The notes under the pieces were generated by a model. The model was not told the DNA's origin and did not search any database. It was given only the letters and a program-made list of their open reading frames with translations. A program made the translations under genes and the position numbers. Positions 40,035-53,370 of a stretch of DNA of 64,000 nt are shown here, piece after piece (within the stretch, counting starts at the first letter, position 1; the number at the start of each line of letters is the position of its first letter). Source of the stretch: Octopus vulgaris (taxonomy: Eukaryota); contig OX597815.1 in NCBI GenBank assembly GCA_951406725.2, positions 212,350,001 through 212,414,000 of the forward strand. Reading direction: 5' to 3'.

Positions 40035-40101
40035 GTGAAAGAGGAAAAGAAGTAGATGTGTATGTATATGTATTTATGCAAATGTTATTCGTTTGTATGT
40101 A

Positions 40102-40149
<48 letters not shown>

Positions 40150-40172
40150 GACATAGATGTGTCTATGTGTGC

Positions 40173-40213
<41 letters not shown>

Positions 40214-40249
40214 TGTGTGTGTGTGTATTTACATAAACATGTGTCTATA

Positions 40250-40289
<40 letters not shown>

Positions 40290-40490
40290 CACATGTATGT
40301 GTGTATATATATGTGTGTGTGTGTACATATATATATACATACATACACATGTATGTGTGTGTGTGTATATATATATATATAGACATATATATATAGACAC
40401 ATGTGTGTGTATATATATATATATATATATGAGTGTGTGTGTATGAGTGTGTATCTGTGTATATAGATAGATAGATAGATATATTAAACA
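39845..40490. repeat. Compound microsatellite region (GTAG, GATA, CA, GA, TA)
   Basis: Direct inspection. Confidence 0.95.
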
Positions 40491-40958
40491 CACCCACACC
40501 CACATTCAAAGAAAACAGAGACATTTAAAAACACACACGTCATTGTACGTGTGCAAAGCAAAAGTATATTCATTTTCTGTGGTGGTTTCATATTCCTTCT
40601 CTCTCTTACGCGAATACTTGCAGGTACAACACACACACAAGCGGTGCCCTAACACCTGTACAGAAACATACGCACTTGTGTTCACATATGTCACAAACAC
40701 TTAATAAATTTTCGAATATACACACAGACAAGCATATAGATACATTATCAGAGAATGATAGGCTTGTGTATACATGTTTAGCAAACACACATATGTATTA
40801 ATATGCACGCATGTACACACACACACACACACACAAACACATACATGGACATAAACACACTTGAGTATGTGTGAGTACATAGGTATGCAACAATTTACAC
40901 AAATTTATATTATATAAATTCTGTGTGTGTGTGTGTGAGAGAGAGAGAGACTCTATAA

Positions 40959-41059
40959 CAAGAATAGTGTTGACAGTGACTTCGAAGTTAGTCTTCATCA
41001 GACTGTCCGATGAAGACTAAGCGGGTCAAAACTTCGAAGTCCCAGTCAATGCTATTTTG
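40959..41059. ncRNA. Palindromic pair of defective hammerhead motifs
   Basis: Plus strand: GACTGT-CCGATGA-AGAC-TAAGCGG-GTC-AAAAC-TTCGAA-GTC-CCAGTC. Minus strand: GACAGT-CTGATGA-AGACT-AAC-TTCGAA-GTC-ACTGTC. Confidence 0.55.
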
Positions 41060-41140
41060 CAAAGAATAATAAGTACACTGCAAAAAGTACTGAGTAATCC
41101 TACAGTCGAATGTATAATCATTTTTAGAACAGAAACATTG

Positions 41141-41174
<34 letters not shown>

Positions 41175-41483
41175 TGTATAAATGATGTATGTGCATAACA
41201 TGTATAGCAGTATATTATTAGTGTATATTATTAGTAACAAAAGAAAAGTTGAGAAACTACACATACCTGTCATATTGTAAAAATTGTCATATTAAAATAT
41301 CCCTTATAAATGCATTGCAATGATATACAGAGCCCTCTATTAAAACATGGTACAAATCCTTCATTTCATGAATTGAAATTTAAAATAAATGAATAAACAG
41401 ACTTTTATCTTTCACCACAACAAAATCCTCCTTTCCTTCTTTTCTACCTATTCACATTCTCTTGTCTTTCACAGCGTTCTCCT

Positions 41484-41515
<32 letters not shown>

Positions 41516-41593
41516 CCCTGCCTCATTTTCAATCTTTCTCTCCGGTCTTCCTCTCACTATTCGGCTGTCTGTCTATCCATCTGTCTGTCTGTC

Positions 41594-41632
<39 letters not shown>

Positions 41633-41760
41633 TACCTTAAATCTTGCTTTCTCCTCATCTACCTGCTGGCGCACCTACCTGGCTTTTATTTTCACCTTCC
41701 TTCTTTCTTTTCAATCTCTCCTTTTTTCACACCTACATTCTCCTCTCATCTTTCTTTCTT

Positions 41761-41803
<43 letters not shown>

Positions 41804-41986
41804 AGCTTTCCACTTATTAGTTTTTATAATGAGAAAGAGTTTCGTTAGTGTTTGTATTAGTGTGAGTGCATGCACGCGCGAACAATACAACCTGTGCACA
41901 CACACACACAAATATGCACTTGGAAAAGAAAGCCTTAAAGTCGAGACATTATAATGAAAGGCTTTGTAGTAAATATTCCCACTGAT

Positions 41987-42021
<35 letters not shown>

Positions 42022-42053
42022 AACATTAGAAAATCAAAGACAACAAAACTCAC

Positions 42054-42150
42054 TGGTGAACTAGAAACTACCTCAATCCAGCAGTAGTAAGTAAAAGCTG
42101 TGACACCTCGCCTCTGCCGTTTGGGTCTTACTGCTTCCCTCTCGGGGGAA
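42054..42150 (-). other. Possible non-coding first exon / internal promoter (F)
   Basis: GC-richer unique island ending CCA|GTGAGT, with no convincing acceptor or in-frame ATG. The 5' boundary is approximate. Confidence 0.35.
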
Positions 42151-42369
42151 GGGGAAATATATATATAGAGAGGGATAGGCAGAATATTTAATAAACAGAA
42201 AAGTGTAGTGCACTTGTGGAAGAGATACTATGTACAAACAATTACAAAAGGAAAAAATAAATGATAAAAATAGACTAAAAATTGATTTTGTGTGTGTGCG
42301 TATGTGTGTGTGTATGTGCATATACATATGAATATATGAGTGCGCATATACATATGTGTGTGTGTGTGT

Positions 42370-42655
42370 AATAAAATGAGGTTACAAAGGAATAAACCAT
42401 TCTCTTCTGAACCTCATTGTCTTACAGCTGTTTCTGCTATAAGATGCAACAAGACTCAATTGAGTTCAAGGCTCTGATGAGGCTAAAAAGTGTTACTCAG
42501 GAATACCTATTATATATTGTTTATTCATTTTTTTTTGTTCTTTTTGTGATCTAGTTATATGTTTTTTAATATATGTCATTTTTTTTTTCTTTATTATTTG
42601 GTTTATGTCTACCATTGTTTGAATTACATAATAGTGGTTTTTCTCTAATTTATAT
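42370..42655. mobile_element. Penelope-like remnant with hammerhead halves
   Basis: Minus GAAACAGCTGTAAGA at 42420-42434 and plus CTGATGAGGC at about 42474; flanked by (TG)n and (TA)n. Confidence 0.35.
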
Positions 42656-42667
42656 ATATTATATATA

Positions 42668-42712
<45 letters not shown>

Positions 42713-42715
42713 TAT

Positions 42716-43407
42716 ATCATCATCATCATCATTGTCATTTAATGTCCGCTTTCTGTGCTGGCATGGGTTGGATGGTTTGACTGAGGGCTGGCAAGCCAGA
42801 AGGCTGTTCCAGACTCCAGTCTGAAGTGGCAAAGTTTCTACGGCTGCATGCCCTTCCTAACGCCAACCACTCTGAGAGTGTAGTGGTTGCTTTATACAAG
42901 CCACCAGCATGAGTGCCAGTCAGGGAGGTACTGGCATCGACTACACTTCAATGGTACTTTTTAGGTGCCACTGGCATGGGAGGCAGTCAGACAGCACTGG
43001 CAACAACCACGCTCAAATGGTGCTTTCTATGTGCCAACACCACAGGTACCAAACAAGCAGCACTGGCAATGGCCACGACAATGACTTTGACTCAACAGGT
43101 CTTCGCAAGTGCAGTTTATTGCCCAATGATTGAAGGGTACTCTTACATGGGCTGGTTATGCTGCACTGGCATAGGCCATGGTTACTGTCTCACCTTGCAT
43201 GGCCTTTTCAAGCACAGCATATCTCCAAAGGTGTCGGTCATTTGTTAATACCTCCATGAGGCCCAACATTCGAAAGTCGTGCATCACCACCTCATCTCAG
43301 GTTTTCCTGGGTCTACTTCTTCTACAGATACCCTCTACTGCTTGGGTGTGACACTTTTTCACGCAGCTGTCCTCATCCATACGCAACACATGACCATACC
43401 AGCGCAT
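42716..43407 (-). mobile_element. 5'-truncated RTE-clade LINE (ORF C-terminus + 3' UTR + (ATG)n tail)
   Basis: Minus translation MRWYGHVLRMDEDSCVKKC...RRSRPRKT*DEVVMHD...DRHLWRYAV, followed by the 3' UTR found in many shorter copies in this window. Confidence 0.85.
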
Positions 43408-43814
43408 GGATCAAATGGGTTTCATTGAAGGCAGATGTTTTCCCGCTGCCAGCCCTCATCTGTTTTCATACAAGCTGATAGTTCCAAATAGCAGAACATT
43501 CTTCCACAGAAGACTGAAAAATTAGCAACACCACTTCAAACACAGTGGTGCTGGTTTTGCAACCATTACACAATATAAAATCAAAGGGATGGACACACAC
43601 ACACACACACACACACACGGTGGTTTGTTTCAGTTTCTCTCAACAGTGAAAGCCACTTACAAAGCTCTGGCCAATGCTGGGCCACAGTAAATGACACAAG
43701 CCAATGATGCAGTGAAGAGGAATTGAGCCACAATCCATGCAGTTGGGAAATAAATTTCTCAATCATACATCAATACCTGGCCTTCTTAGCCATGCATCCA
43801 GTCACACACACACC

Positions 43815-44014
43815 TGAGGGGTTGCTGAAAAGTTCCTGGCTTTAAGGATATTGCGAAAGGCCTGGTTGGAAGCCCAATGTTCCAAGTCCTTTTACAGGTC
43901 TTAGAAAAACTGATGGACTGCTGCATAAGTGTGTGAACCCAATACAATCATAATCAACTGACCCTCCTGGATTTTCTTTTACCCAAACCCAGAAACTTTT
44001 CAGCAGCCCCTTCG
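43815..44014. mobile_element. Mariner-derived MITE
   Basis: TIRs GAGGGGTTGCTGAAAAGTTCCTGG...CCAGAAACTTTTCAGCAGCCCCTTCG|TA; homologous to the copies at 52114 and 54511. Confidence 0.8.
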
Positions 44015-44542
44015 TATATATCTACATGTGTGTGCATGTGTGTGTGTGTGTATATATTAGTGAATGTCTAAATATATATACACACACACACAAACTCCTA
44101 TAGATGTGTGCATACATACATATATGCACATCACAGGCACATATTCATATTTCATACATGAACGCATGTAGGTATATATATTCATATATGTATGCAGGCA
44201 GACAGACAGAGCTGTTCAAATAACAAACTTTACAACCAACATCACCAGCCACGCAATACTACTACTACTACTACTACTACTACTACGTAACAACTGTGAT
44301 GTTACATCACACCAAACTTACTCCACCCAACATAGCTTAACTCTCCTGATACTCTCCTTTCCAGTTTATAAACAAAGAGTGCAGAGAGAAAAGCCAATAA
44401 TAACCACAACCACAACAACAATAGTAATAAATAAACAAACAAATAAATAAACAAACAAGCAAAAAAAACTGAAACCAATTAACACAGGTAGGAATCATAT
44501 AATTAATTACTGTTGCTTATGAAGTGGGATAGAAGAGATAAG

Positions 44543-44584
<42 letters not shown>

Positions 44585-45265
44585 GCATGTGTGATGCTAT
44601 TCTTTGTAGTATTACAGTGTCTTGCAGTTCAAAATGTAGACTATTCAGTTCATAGAACACAGGCAATTCAAAGCCTTGTTCTGTTAATTGGAAACAGACA
44701 CTCATCACCATCATCATTTAATGACTTTGTTCCGTGCGGAAAATGGGTTGGATGGTTTGACAGAATCTGATAGGTCTAAGGACCACATTGTGCTCCGGTG
44801 CCTGTTATTGTATGGCTTCTATAGCTGGATACCCGACATAATGCCAATCGCTTAACGGAGTGTACCAGGTGCTTTTCTTCATGCCACTGACACTAGAGAC
44901 GTTGCCATGTGGCATATAAGACTAAAAAAAAGAAAACCAGTGGGGGGAAAGGCAGCGATTACACAAGGTGTTCAGGGTAGAGTATGGAAGGAGGAAAGGG
45001 CAAGAAGGTTCTCAGAAAGGTACAGAGTATGGAAGGAGGAAAGGGCAAGAAAGTTCTCGTAGGAGCCATATTTTATTTCTCAAATTTTCATAATCACACC
45101 AATGGAATTTCCTAAGGAAATGAGGGAAACTTGATTGATATTTCTAGCAGGTTAAGTGATGACACAAAAGCTCCCTTATTGGTTTATAGAAACGGAAATA
45201 TTTATTTGTTCAGGCAGTAAAATTTACAAATAACAATGAACACAATATATTTCCCATCCAGCTGC

Positions 45266-45645
45266 TGGAAGCACTCCATCGGTTACGACGACGAGGGTTC
45301 CGGTTGATCCGAATCAACAGAACAGCCTGCTCGTGAAATTAATGTGTAAGTGGCTGAGCACTCCACAGACACGTGTACCCTTAACGTAGTTCTCGGGGAT
45401 ATTCAGCGTGACACAGAGAGTGACAAGGCCGGCCCTTTGAAATACAGATACAACAGAAACAGGAAGTAAGAGAAAGTTGTGGTGAAAGAGTACAGCAGGG
45501 ATCACCACCATCCCCTGCCGGAGCCCCGTGGCGCTTTAGGTGTTTTCGCTCAATAAACACTCACAACGCCCGGTCTGGGAATCGAAACCGCGATCCTATG
45601 ACCGTGAGTCCGCTGCCCTAACCACTGGGCCATTGCGCCTCCACT
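45266..45645 (-). mobile_element. Young tRNA-derived SINE
   Basis: 11-bp TSD CATCCAGCTGC (45255-45265, 45646-45656); A box TGGCCCAGTGG and B box GGTTTCGATTCCC; CpG-rich. Confidence 0.9.
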
Positions 45646-46202
45646 CATCCAGCTGCATCTCATGAACTACAGTCTATGTATTAGTTTGACTAATCCAATG
45701 AATGCTTCCAGTCTGATCCAAGGTGAAACAAGTCAGGTGAAGACATCAGCAATAATGAGATATTATCGCAAACAAATTATTTCTTTCTTCTCCAGCAGAC
45801 CTCTCGTATTGTCACACATATGACATTTCCACTTTCTAAACAAATACTGTTACAGCCTTCCTTCATACTAACGAGCGAGGTCTCTTTCTCTCTGTTTAAC
45901 GATAAAGCTATGAAAACAAGCAATTATTGTTAAATGAGCAATTTCACACAATGGTCGTAATTAACCTAATGCATTTTCCTAATTCAATCTCAACTAAATA
46001 TAGGAGAGATGGAGAGGTTCAATCAAAGTGAACATAACATCTCGTATTTTGGGCTCCTATCTTTCACCTGAGAACAGGTAGCATCTTTTATTCTTTACTA
46101 ATTCCAGTCATTGGACTCTGGCCATGCTGAGGCACCTCCTTGAATGGTTTTAGTTGGACAAATCAACCCCAGTGTTTATTTTCCTAAGCCTGGAAAGAAT
46201 TC

Positions 46203-46432
46203 TTATTTCTTTACTGCCCACAAGGGGCTAAACACAGAGGGGACACACAAGGACCGACAAACGGATTAAGTCGATGAGATCAACTCCAGTGCATAACTGG
46301 TACTTATTTAATCGACCCCGAAAGGATAAAAGGCAAAGTCAACCTCGGCGGAATTTGAACTCAGAATGTAAGGACAGACAAAATACCGTTAAGCATTTCG
46401 CCCGGCTTGCTAACGATTCTGCCAGCTCGCCA
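46203..46432 (-). mobile_element. tRNA-derived SINE, Deu/Nin-like family, nested in another SINE (~46085-46680)
   Basis: Flanking duplication CCTGGAAAGAATTC / CCTGGAAATAATTC. Confidence 0.85.
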
Positions 46433-46823
46433 CCTGGAAATAATTCCATCAATGTCTTTTGCTAAACAAACCAACAGCAGTTGTCAAGCAGTGGGTGAGG
46501 ACAAATACAGATACAAAGACAAATACACACACACACACACGACAAGCTTCTACACAGTTTCCTATCGACTAAATTTACTCACAAAGCATTGGTCAGCTTG
46601 GGGCTATAGTATGAGATACTCGCCCAAGGGGCCACGCACTGAAGCTGAATCAGAAACCAAGTAGTTGCAAAGCAAGCTTCAAAACCCAGGTAAAGCGGGA
46701 AGAAAGGCAGCACTCATGACTCTTATAAGGACTCTAAAACCGGTGAGAGTCATTAGACTGTGGCTATGCTGGAGCACTAGTATCAAACAAAGCCCTTTCT
46801 ATTAATATTATTTAACAATGATA

Positions 46824-46857
<34 letters not shown>

Positions 46858-46954
46858 CACATGTGTATGTATGCATGTCATCGTCATTATCATCATCATC
46901 ATCTAAAGTCAACTGTTCCATAATAAGAAGGGTCAGATAGGATTTGTTGAAGCA

Positions 46955-46980
<26 letters not shown>

Positions 46981-46993
<13 letters not shown>

Positions 46994-47083
46994 ATAACTA
47001 TATAGAACATTCTTTTCTTTGTGGTAAGACCATAGCGGATCTACTTCTAGCATATGGATGTCCACATAGTTGTCATCCCAATG

Positions 47084-47131
<48 letters not shown>

Positions 47132-47345
47132 TATAGACACATACATACTCAGAGAGAGAGAGAGAGAGTATATAACTATATAGAACAGTTTTTTCTTTTT
47201 GTTAAGACCATAGCGGATCTACTTTTAGCATATGAATGTCCACATAGTGGTCATCCCTCATATATGTATGTAACTATATATATATACATATAAATATATA
47301 CACACACATATAGACACATATCTCCACATACACATACACACTCAG
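46981..47345. repeat. Tandem duplication of a ~180-bp unit bounded by (GA)n
   Basis: GTATATAACTATATAGAAC...TAAGACCATAGCGGATCTACTT...ATGTCCACATAGT occurs twice. Confidence 0.9.
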
Positions 47346-48341
47346 AGAGAGAGAGAGAGAAAATTGATGATAATTTGTTCTTCTAAACAACAGAGACAAA
47401 TTTCATGAATTTGTTATCATCAACTATCAAAAGTTAAATAAGAAAAAAATTTTCATAGAGATATAAGAAAATAGAATGAGCTATTTAATTAGTTTGAGAG
47501 TTCCAATCAGTGCAGAGATTGAAATAAATACCTGCTACCAAGGAAATCTGAAAGAGGGGGGAGAGGGTAAATAAAAGTCTGATTTATGTAGGGCCTCTGG
47601 TATGTTATGACCGCAGTGCAACTGGTCTTGTAATAGCACCTTCTTGTAAGAGTTTATTTGGTACAGAGACAGCCACTCAGGCTGGCAACCTGAGCCTGCA
47701 TATATGGTGGACACCTCACCGGACTCATTGCTTTACGCTTCCTCCACCACCGGCAACTCCTCCTCCTTCTTCTCTTCTCACCTGAAATCACCCCACCATT
47801 TCTGTCTATCATAAATTTAGTAAGACTATGAAAGGTAATTTATTATAGGCCATCAATAATAACAGACTTTCACCTGACAATTTCTGCCAAGCAAAAATGT
47901 TGTTAATATCTTAATGAAAGAGTATGTAATATTTGCGGTCTTCGTTGATAATTTTGTTAGGTTGTTGTTTGTTGTTTTTAATTTAGTTTATTTTGTTTGT
48001 TTATGCTTTTTTAGCTCTGTATTAAATAATCAACTTTAGCTATATATAGGTATAAAAAATACTAAAATCAAGCCTCAAAGAATCATGGAAATTCTAACTG
48101 AAAATCAAGGGGAAACAAAATAAATAAAAACTAAATGCTATTTTTAAATAAACCAAACCTCTATAGCAACCACAGGCAGCTCAGTCTTGTATTTATACTT
48201 CATACATTTTATTCCTGTTTCAATCAAACAACTGCCTATTGATCACTGTTATAGCATAACAGCTGTTTCAGTAAAACCACCAGATCATATACATTTGTGT
48301 ATATGTATATGTATGTATATATATATATATATATATATATA

Positions 48342-48577
48342 CATGGTGGTCCAAAAGTAGGTCTACAGTTATCACGTAGGCACTTTAAATTTCTTTTTAA
48401 ATATTTTATTATATTTAAATTTCTATCTTACGAGCTGAAACGGGGGACTTGACAAAATTAACTAAATTAGCAGAGAATAATGGTTTCATTTTTTAAATAT
48501 ATTTAAGATGTAAACTGTAATATATGAATGCGAAAGAGATTGTTGAATAACTGTAAACCTACTTTTGGACTACCCTA
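48342..48577. mobile_element. Tc1/mariner-superfamily MITE
   Basis: About 29-bp TIRs CATGGTGGTCCAAAAGTAGGTCTACAGTT / AACTGTAAACCTACTTTTGGACTACCCTA in a TA context. Confidence 0.75.
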
Positions 48578-48612
<35 letters not shown>

Positions 48613-48662
48613 GGAGAGGGAGAGAGAGAGAGAGACAGTGTGTGTGAATGTGAATATGGATA

Positions 48663-49030
48663 ATCATCATCATCGTTTAACGTCCGTTCTCCATGCTAGC
48701 ATGGGTTGAACGGTTCGACCGGGAATCTGGGAAGCCAGGAGGCTGCACCAGGCTCCAGTCTGATCTGGCAGTGTTTCTACAGCTGGATGCCCTTCCTAAC
48801 GCCAACCACTCCGTGAGTGTAGTGGGTGCTTTTTACGTGCCACATGCACAGGTGCCAGGCGAGGCTGGCAACGGCCACGGTCGGATTGGTGCATTCTACG
48901 TGCCACCGGCACGGAAACCAGTCGAGGCGACGCTGGCATCGGCCACGATTCGGATAGAGCTTTTTACGTACCACCAGTCCGGGGGTCCTGGCAACTGCCG
49001 GGTGCCAGTCATAGGATTGGTTCAAGTTCG
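48663..49030 (-). mobile_element. RTE-LINE 3' UTR/tail copy
   Basis: Same family sequence. Confidence 0.8.
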
Positions 49031-49449
49031 ATTCCGATTATATATATGTACTCTCTCTATCTCTCTCTCTCTCTCTCTCTCTCAAACATACATACAAAAC
49101 CAAAAGACAAACGCTGACAACTAAATGTAAAATGACAGAAAAGACAGAGTTTATTACACGGACTTTACAAACGGACAAAACCCTTTTTTGTAACTTTTGT
49201 CCTTACAAGTTTTATTTGATTTTGTTAGCCCTTGTGGCCAATAAACGAATTAATTATTATCATCTTTAATATTGATCTCAATACCCTTGAGGAAATGTTG
49301 ATAACAGGACTTTCACCCTTTTCCTCAAATATTGGTGCTAAACTTAATTGAAAGTGTCTTACATTTGTTCTTATTGTTTTATGATTTCCAATCCCTTGCT
49401 GCCAAACTAATACAAATCTGATGGCTCTGTAAATTTCTACATAGGCACT

Positions 49450-50157
49450 CCTTTTTTAAGCGTAGTACTTATTTTATCAGTCTCTTTCGCCGAACCACTA
49501 AGTTACAGGTATGTAAACACACCAACACCAGTGATGAGGGGACAAAGACAAAGAGACACACTCTCTCATACACACACACACACACACACACACACATGCA
49601 CACACATACATGATGGGCTTCTTTCAGTTTCTACCTATCAAATCCATACACAAAGCTTTTGCTGGCCTGAGGCTATAGTAGAAGACACCTACCTGAGGTG
49701 CCACACCATGGGACTGAACCTGGAACCATGTGGTTGGGAAGCAAGCTTCTTACCACACAACCATGCCTGCACCTATATGTCTGAGTTAATATCTGTTATC
49801 TCGCTTCAGTCATTAGACTGTGGCCATACGGAGGCACTGCCCCGAAGAGTTTTAGTTGAATGAATTGATCCAGTTCTTAGTTTAGGAAGCTTGGTACATG
49901 TTCTCTCAGTCTCTTTTGCTGATCCACTAAGTTACAGGGACATAAACCGACATTGGTTGTCAAGCGGTGGTGGCACAGAAAGACACACACACATACCTAC
50001 ATACACACATACGACAGGATTCTTTCAGTTTCCGTCTATCAAATCCACACACAAAGATTTTGCTGGCCTGAGGCTATAGTGGAAGACACTTTCCCAAGGT
50101 GCCATGGAGCAAGACTGAACCTGAAGCCATATGATTCTTAATGCACAGCCACACCTA
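49450..50157 (-). mobile_element. Two tandem CORE-like tRNA SINEs
   Basis: Two successive copies (about 49450-49770 and 49800-50157). Confidence 0.8.
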
Positions 50158-50688
50158 AAAGCATTCATTTACCTGAAAGGTAGCACCTTCATTATAGTCT
50201 CTGAAGAGACAATATAATGTTGTTATGGTTAGGCTGCTTCTAGCATTGATGTTATAATTAATGTTAATAGATGCTGTTAATGTTATAAGTAATCCTGATG
50301 TTACAGTTAATTGCTTCCATTAAGGTTAAAGAGAAATTAGTGAAATGAATGAATCTCAGAGTAAAATTTCAATTTAAAATCAATTACATCTAACAAAGAA
50401 TCCAATCAAATATTGACAAATTATTGACCATAAATCTACTTAGCATAGAACTTAAAAGAATATCATCAACGTAGATCTATTTAAGCACAGAATGAAGGAA
50501 ACCTGCTACCAGTAACTAAATAATGCAGTACAATCTACTCATGGTTGGGTGGTCAACAACCATACTGCCCCACTACCCCATGCTCTGTAGGCTTACCCAG
50601 TGAAGAAGGTATGTGGGCAGCCAGCAGAATTAAAGATCAAAACTTGTCAAAAGTGGACAAGGTCTTTGAGAACTAATGGCACCCATAA

Positions 50689-51059
50689 TTGGCTGTATGG
50701 TAAGAAGTTGCTTCACAACCGCATGGTTCGAGGTTCAGTCCCACTGCGTGGCACCTTGGGCAAGTGTCTTCTATTGTAGCCTCGGGCCGACCAAAGCCTT
50801 GTGAGTGGATTTGGTAGACAGAAACTGAAAGAAACCCCATTGTATGTATATCTATATAAGTATATCTATCTGTGTGTGTGCGTGTGTATGTGTATGCATG
50901 ACCACCACCATCACTTGACAATCTGTATTGGTGTGTTTATGTTCTCTTAACTTAGCAGTTCAGCAAAACGAGATTGATAGAATAAGTACCAGGCTTAACA
51001 AAAGAATAAGTACTGGGTTGATTCATTCAACTAAAAAAATCCTTCAAGGCACCGGTGCC

Positions 51060-51060
<1 letters not shown>
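50689..51060 (+). mobile_element. CORE-like tRNA SINE
   Basis: Head, microsatellite and body as in the family. Confidence 0.85.
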
Positions 51061-51109
<49 letters not shown>

Positions 51110-52113
51110 ATATATATCAACCCAAAGGTAGTGATCTTTTCCTCAGACAATGTTAGTGATATGGAGGGAAGAGTCATGCATTCATAAGCAACAACTAATT
51201 TTCCACACAAAAAAAAAACCCTTGTCCTAGTCAGCAGATACACAGTTAACCCTAATAGATGAAAGCTGTCAAAGTAGAATTACATTCAAACAAAATGCTT
51301 TGAAAGGTCTTTAAAATTTAGTCAGAAACCATTATTTTACCCACACTTAGTGGTTCACCAGATTGTAAATACTGCATTGATATCTTTCATAGGTTACAAG
51401 GTGTTGGATTTATAGAACAAGAGAAATGAAACTGAGATAAATATGACCTTCTCTATAACACTATAACACTGGCTGCTGAAATGAAGAGATGAAGTTCTGG
51501 AAATTAAACTGAAGTCATAAAGGCAACTTGACGGTGAAAAATAAGGGACAGTTCTCCAAAAGAGACTTATTTCAATAATTATTTTTCATCTAACCATATT
51601 CTTTTAGACTTTTACTGGTTTCAATCAATCAACTGCAGCCATACTAAATCACTGCCTTCAAGAGATTTTAGTCGATAATATTGACTATCAATACTTATTT
51701 CAGTTAGTCTGGTAATTATTTCATTGATTTGTATTTATCAAATGATTAAGATGCACTTTGACATACACTGGTAAACATTAACCAACCACACACACACACA
51801 CACACTTCTACACAACTTCCATCTACCATATTCAACTCATAAGGCATCACTAACAAGTCTGAAGTTACAGTAGGATATATTTGCCAACATGGTATTCAGC
51901 AAAAATCAAACCCAGACTTCTGTGGTTATAGACTTTCTTAACGACACAGTCATGCCTATGCTTATTCCATCCTTATATCCCATTATTTGTCCAGTCATTG
52001 GCTTGGGGCCATACTGGAGCACTATCTTCAAGTGTTTTAGACAATTGTATATAAACCTCAGTGCTTATTTCAATCTGGTACTTATTTAACCAATTGTGTT
52101 ATGTCAAACAATA

Positions 52114-52330
52114 TGAGGGGAGGTTGAAAAGTTCCTGGCTTTGAGTAAAAGAAAACACAGGAGGGTCAATTAATAATGATTTTATTCAACATATTCCCCT
52201 TCTCAGATTGATGTACTTATTGCAGTGGTCCTTCGGTTTTTCTAAGCCCTGTAAAAGGGATCGGTAAGTTGGACCTCCAGCCAAGTCTTTCACAAAACCC
52301 TTAAAGCCAGGAACATTTCAGCACCCCTCA
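52114..52330. mobile_element. Mariner-derived MITE (opposite orientation)
   Basis: TA|TGAGGGGAGGTTGAAAAGTTCCTGGCTTT...AAAGCCAGGAACATTTCAGCACCCCTCA|TA. Confidence 0.8.
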
Positions 52331-52911
52331 TACATAAATACGAACATGAACATAGGAACAAGCACACTTGCTCACATGACAGGTTCCCCTACAGTCACAG
52401 TTTCCCAAGTTGTTAATAAACCAAGATAAGTTCCCAGGGTTTGAACTCGTAGGATAAACCCAGAACCAAGTTGTTTCAAAGCAAACTTCTGAATCACCTG
52501 ACCACACCTGCATTTATTCCATATTTATGCCAAGAAAGGATATAATTTTATTACCATTAGGCATCTAGAATGTTATCAAGCACATAGTTGGGCAATAAAT
52601 TTAGCAGTACATCAACTTTTACATTCTGCAGAGGATAAAAGGTGGGCAAGACAAAAACATTCTTAGAAAGACTCCAGATATAGATGCAGATTACCTGAAC
52701 AGTTTATTCCAAAAGTCTTTCAGCCAGAAAATACAAACAACTTTCAGAAATTCCTGGCCTGGCAGTGATTCTAGAGTAATTGCTTGCTTGAGAAAAGCAT
52801 GAATGCGCTGTTCATTAAGCGCATCTCTGATGCATGCAGAACAGGAAAACTATTGTGCCTCACCTCTTTAGTATCTGTGCACTGTCGATTTGTGGTTGCC
52901 AGAGCAACAAG

Positions 52912-53370
52912 CTGGCCTCCATGCCGATGGCACGTTAAAAACACCATTCAAGCATGATCGTTACCTGCATCGCCTTACAAGCACTTGTGCTAGTGGCACG
53001 TGACAAAAGCATTCAAGCAAGATTGTTGCCAGTTCTGTTGGACGGGCTCCTGTGCAGGTGGCACATTAAAAACACCATTTGAGCATGATCGTTACCTGCA
53101 TCGCCTTACTAGCACTTGTGCTAGTGGCATGTGACAGAAACATTCAAGCAAGATTGTTGCCAGTGCTGTTGGACGAGCTCCTGTGCAGGTGGCACATAAA
53201 AAGCACCATTTGAGCGTGGCCGTTGCCCATACCACCTGACTGGCCCTCATGCTGGTGGCACGTAAAAGCACCCACTACACTCTCAGAGTGGTTGGCTTTA
53301 GGAAGGGCATCCAGCTGCCAGATCAGATTGGAGTCTGGAGGCAGCCATCTGGTTAGCCAGACCTCAGTTG
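52912..53370 (+). mobile_element. RTE-LINE 3' UTR copy with a higher-order (~131-bp) duplication
   Basis: Alternating ~62-68-bp units repeated twice, then the family tail. Confidence 0.75.

Noticed and set aside
42059-42075. let-7-like TGAGGTAGTTT on the minus strand
   Set aside because: Only the 5' part matches and no complementary star arm is visible.
45570-45645. tRNA-like sequences
   Set aside because: They are SINE heads continuous with SINE bodies and TSDs; no complete tRNA gene was seen.
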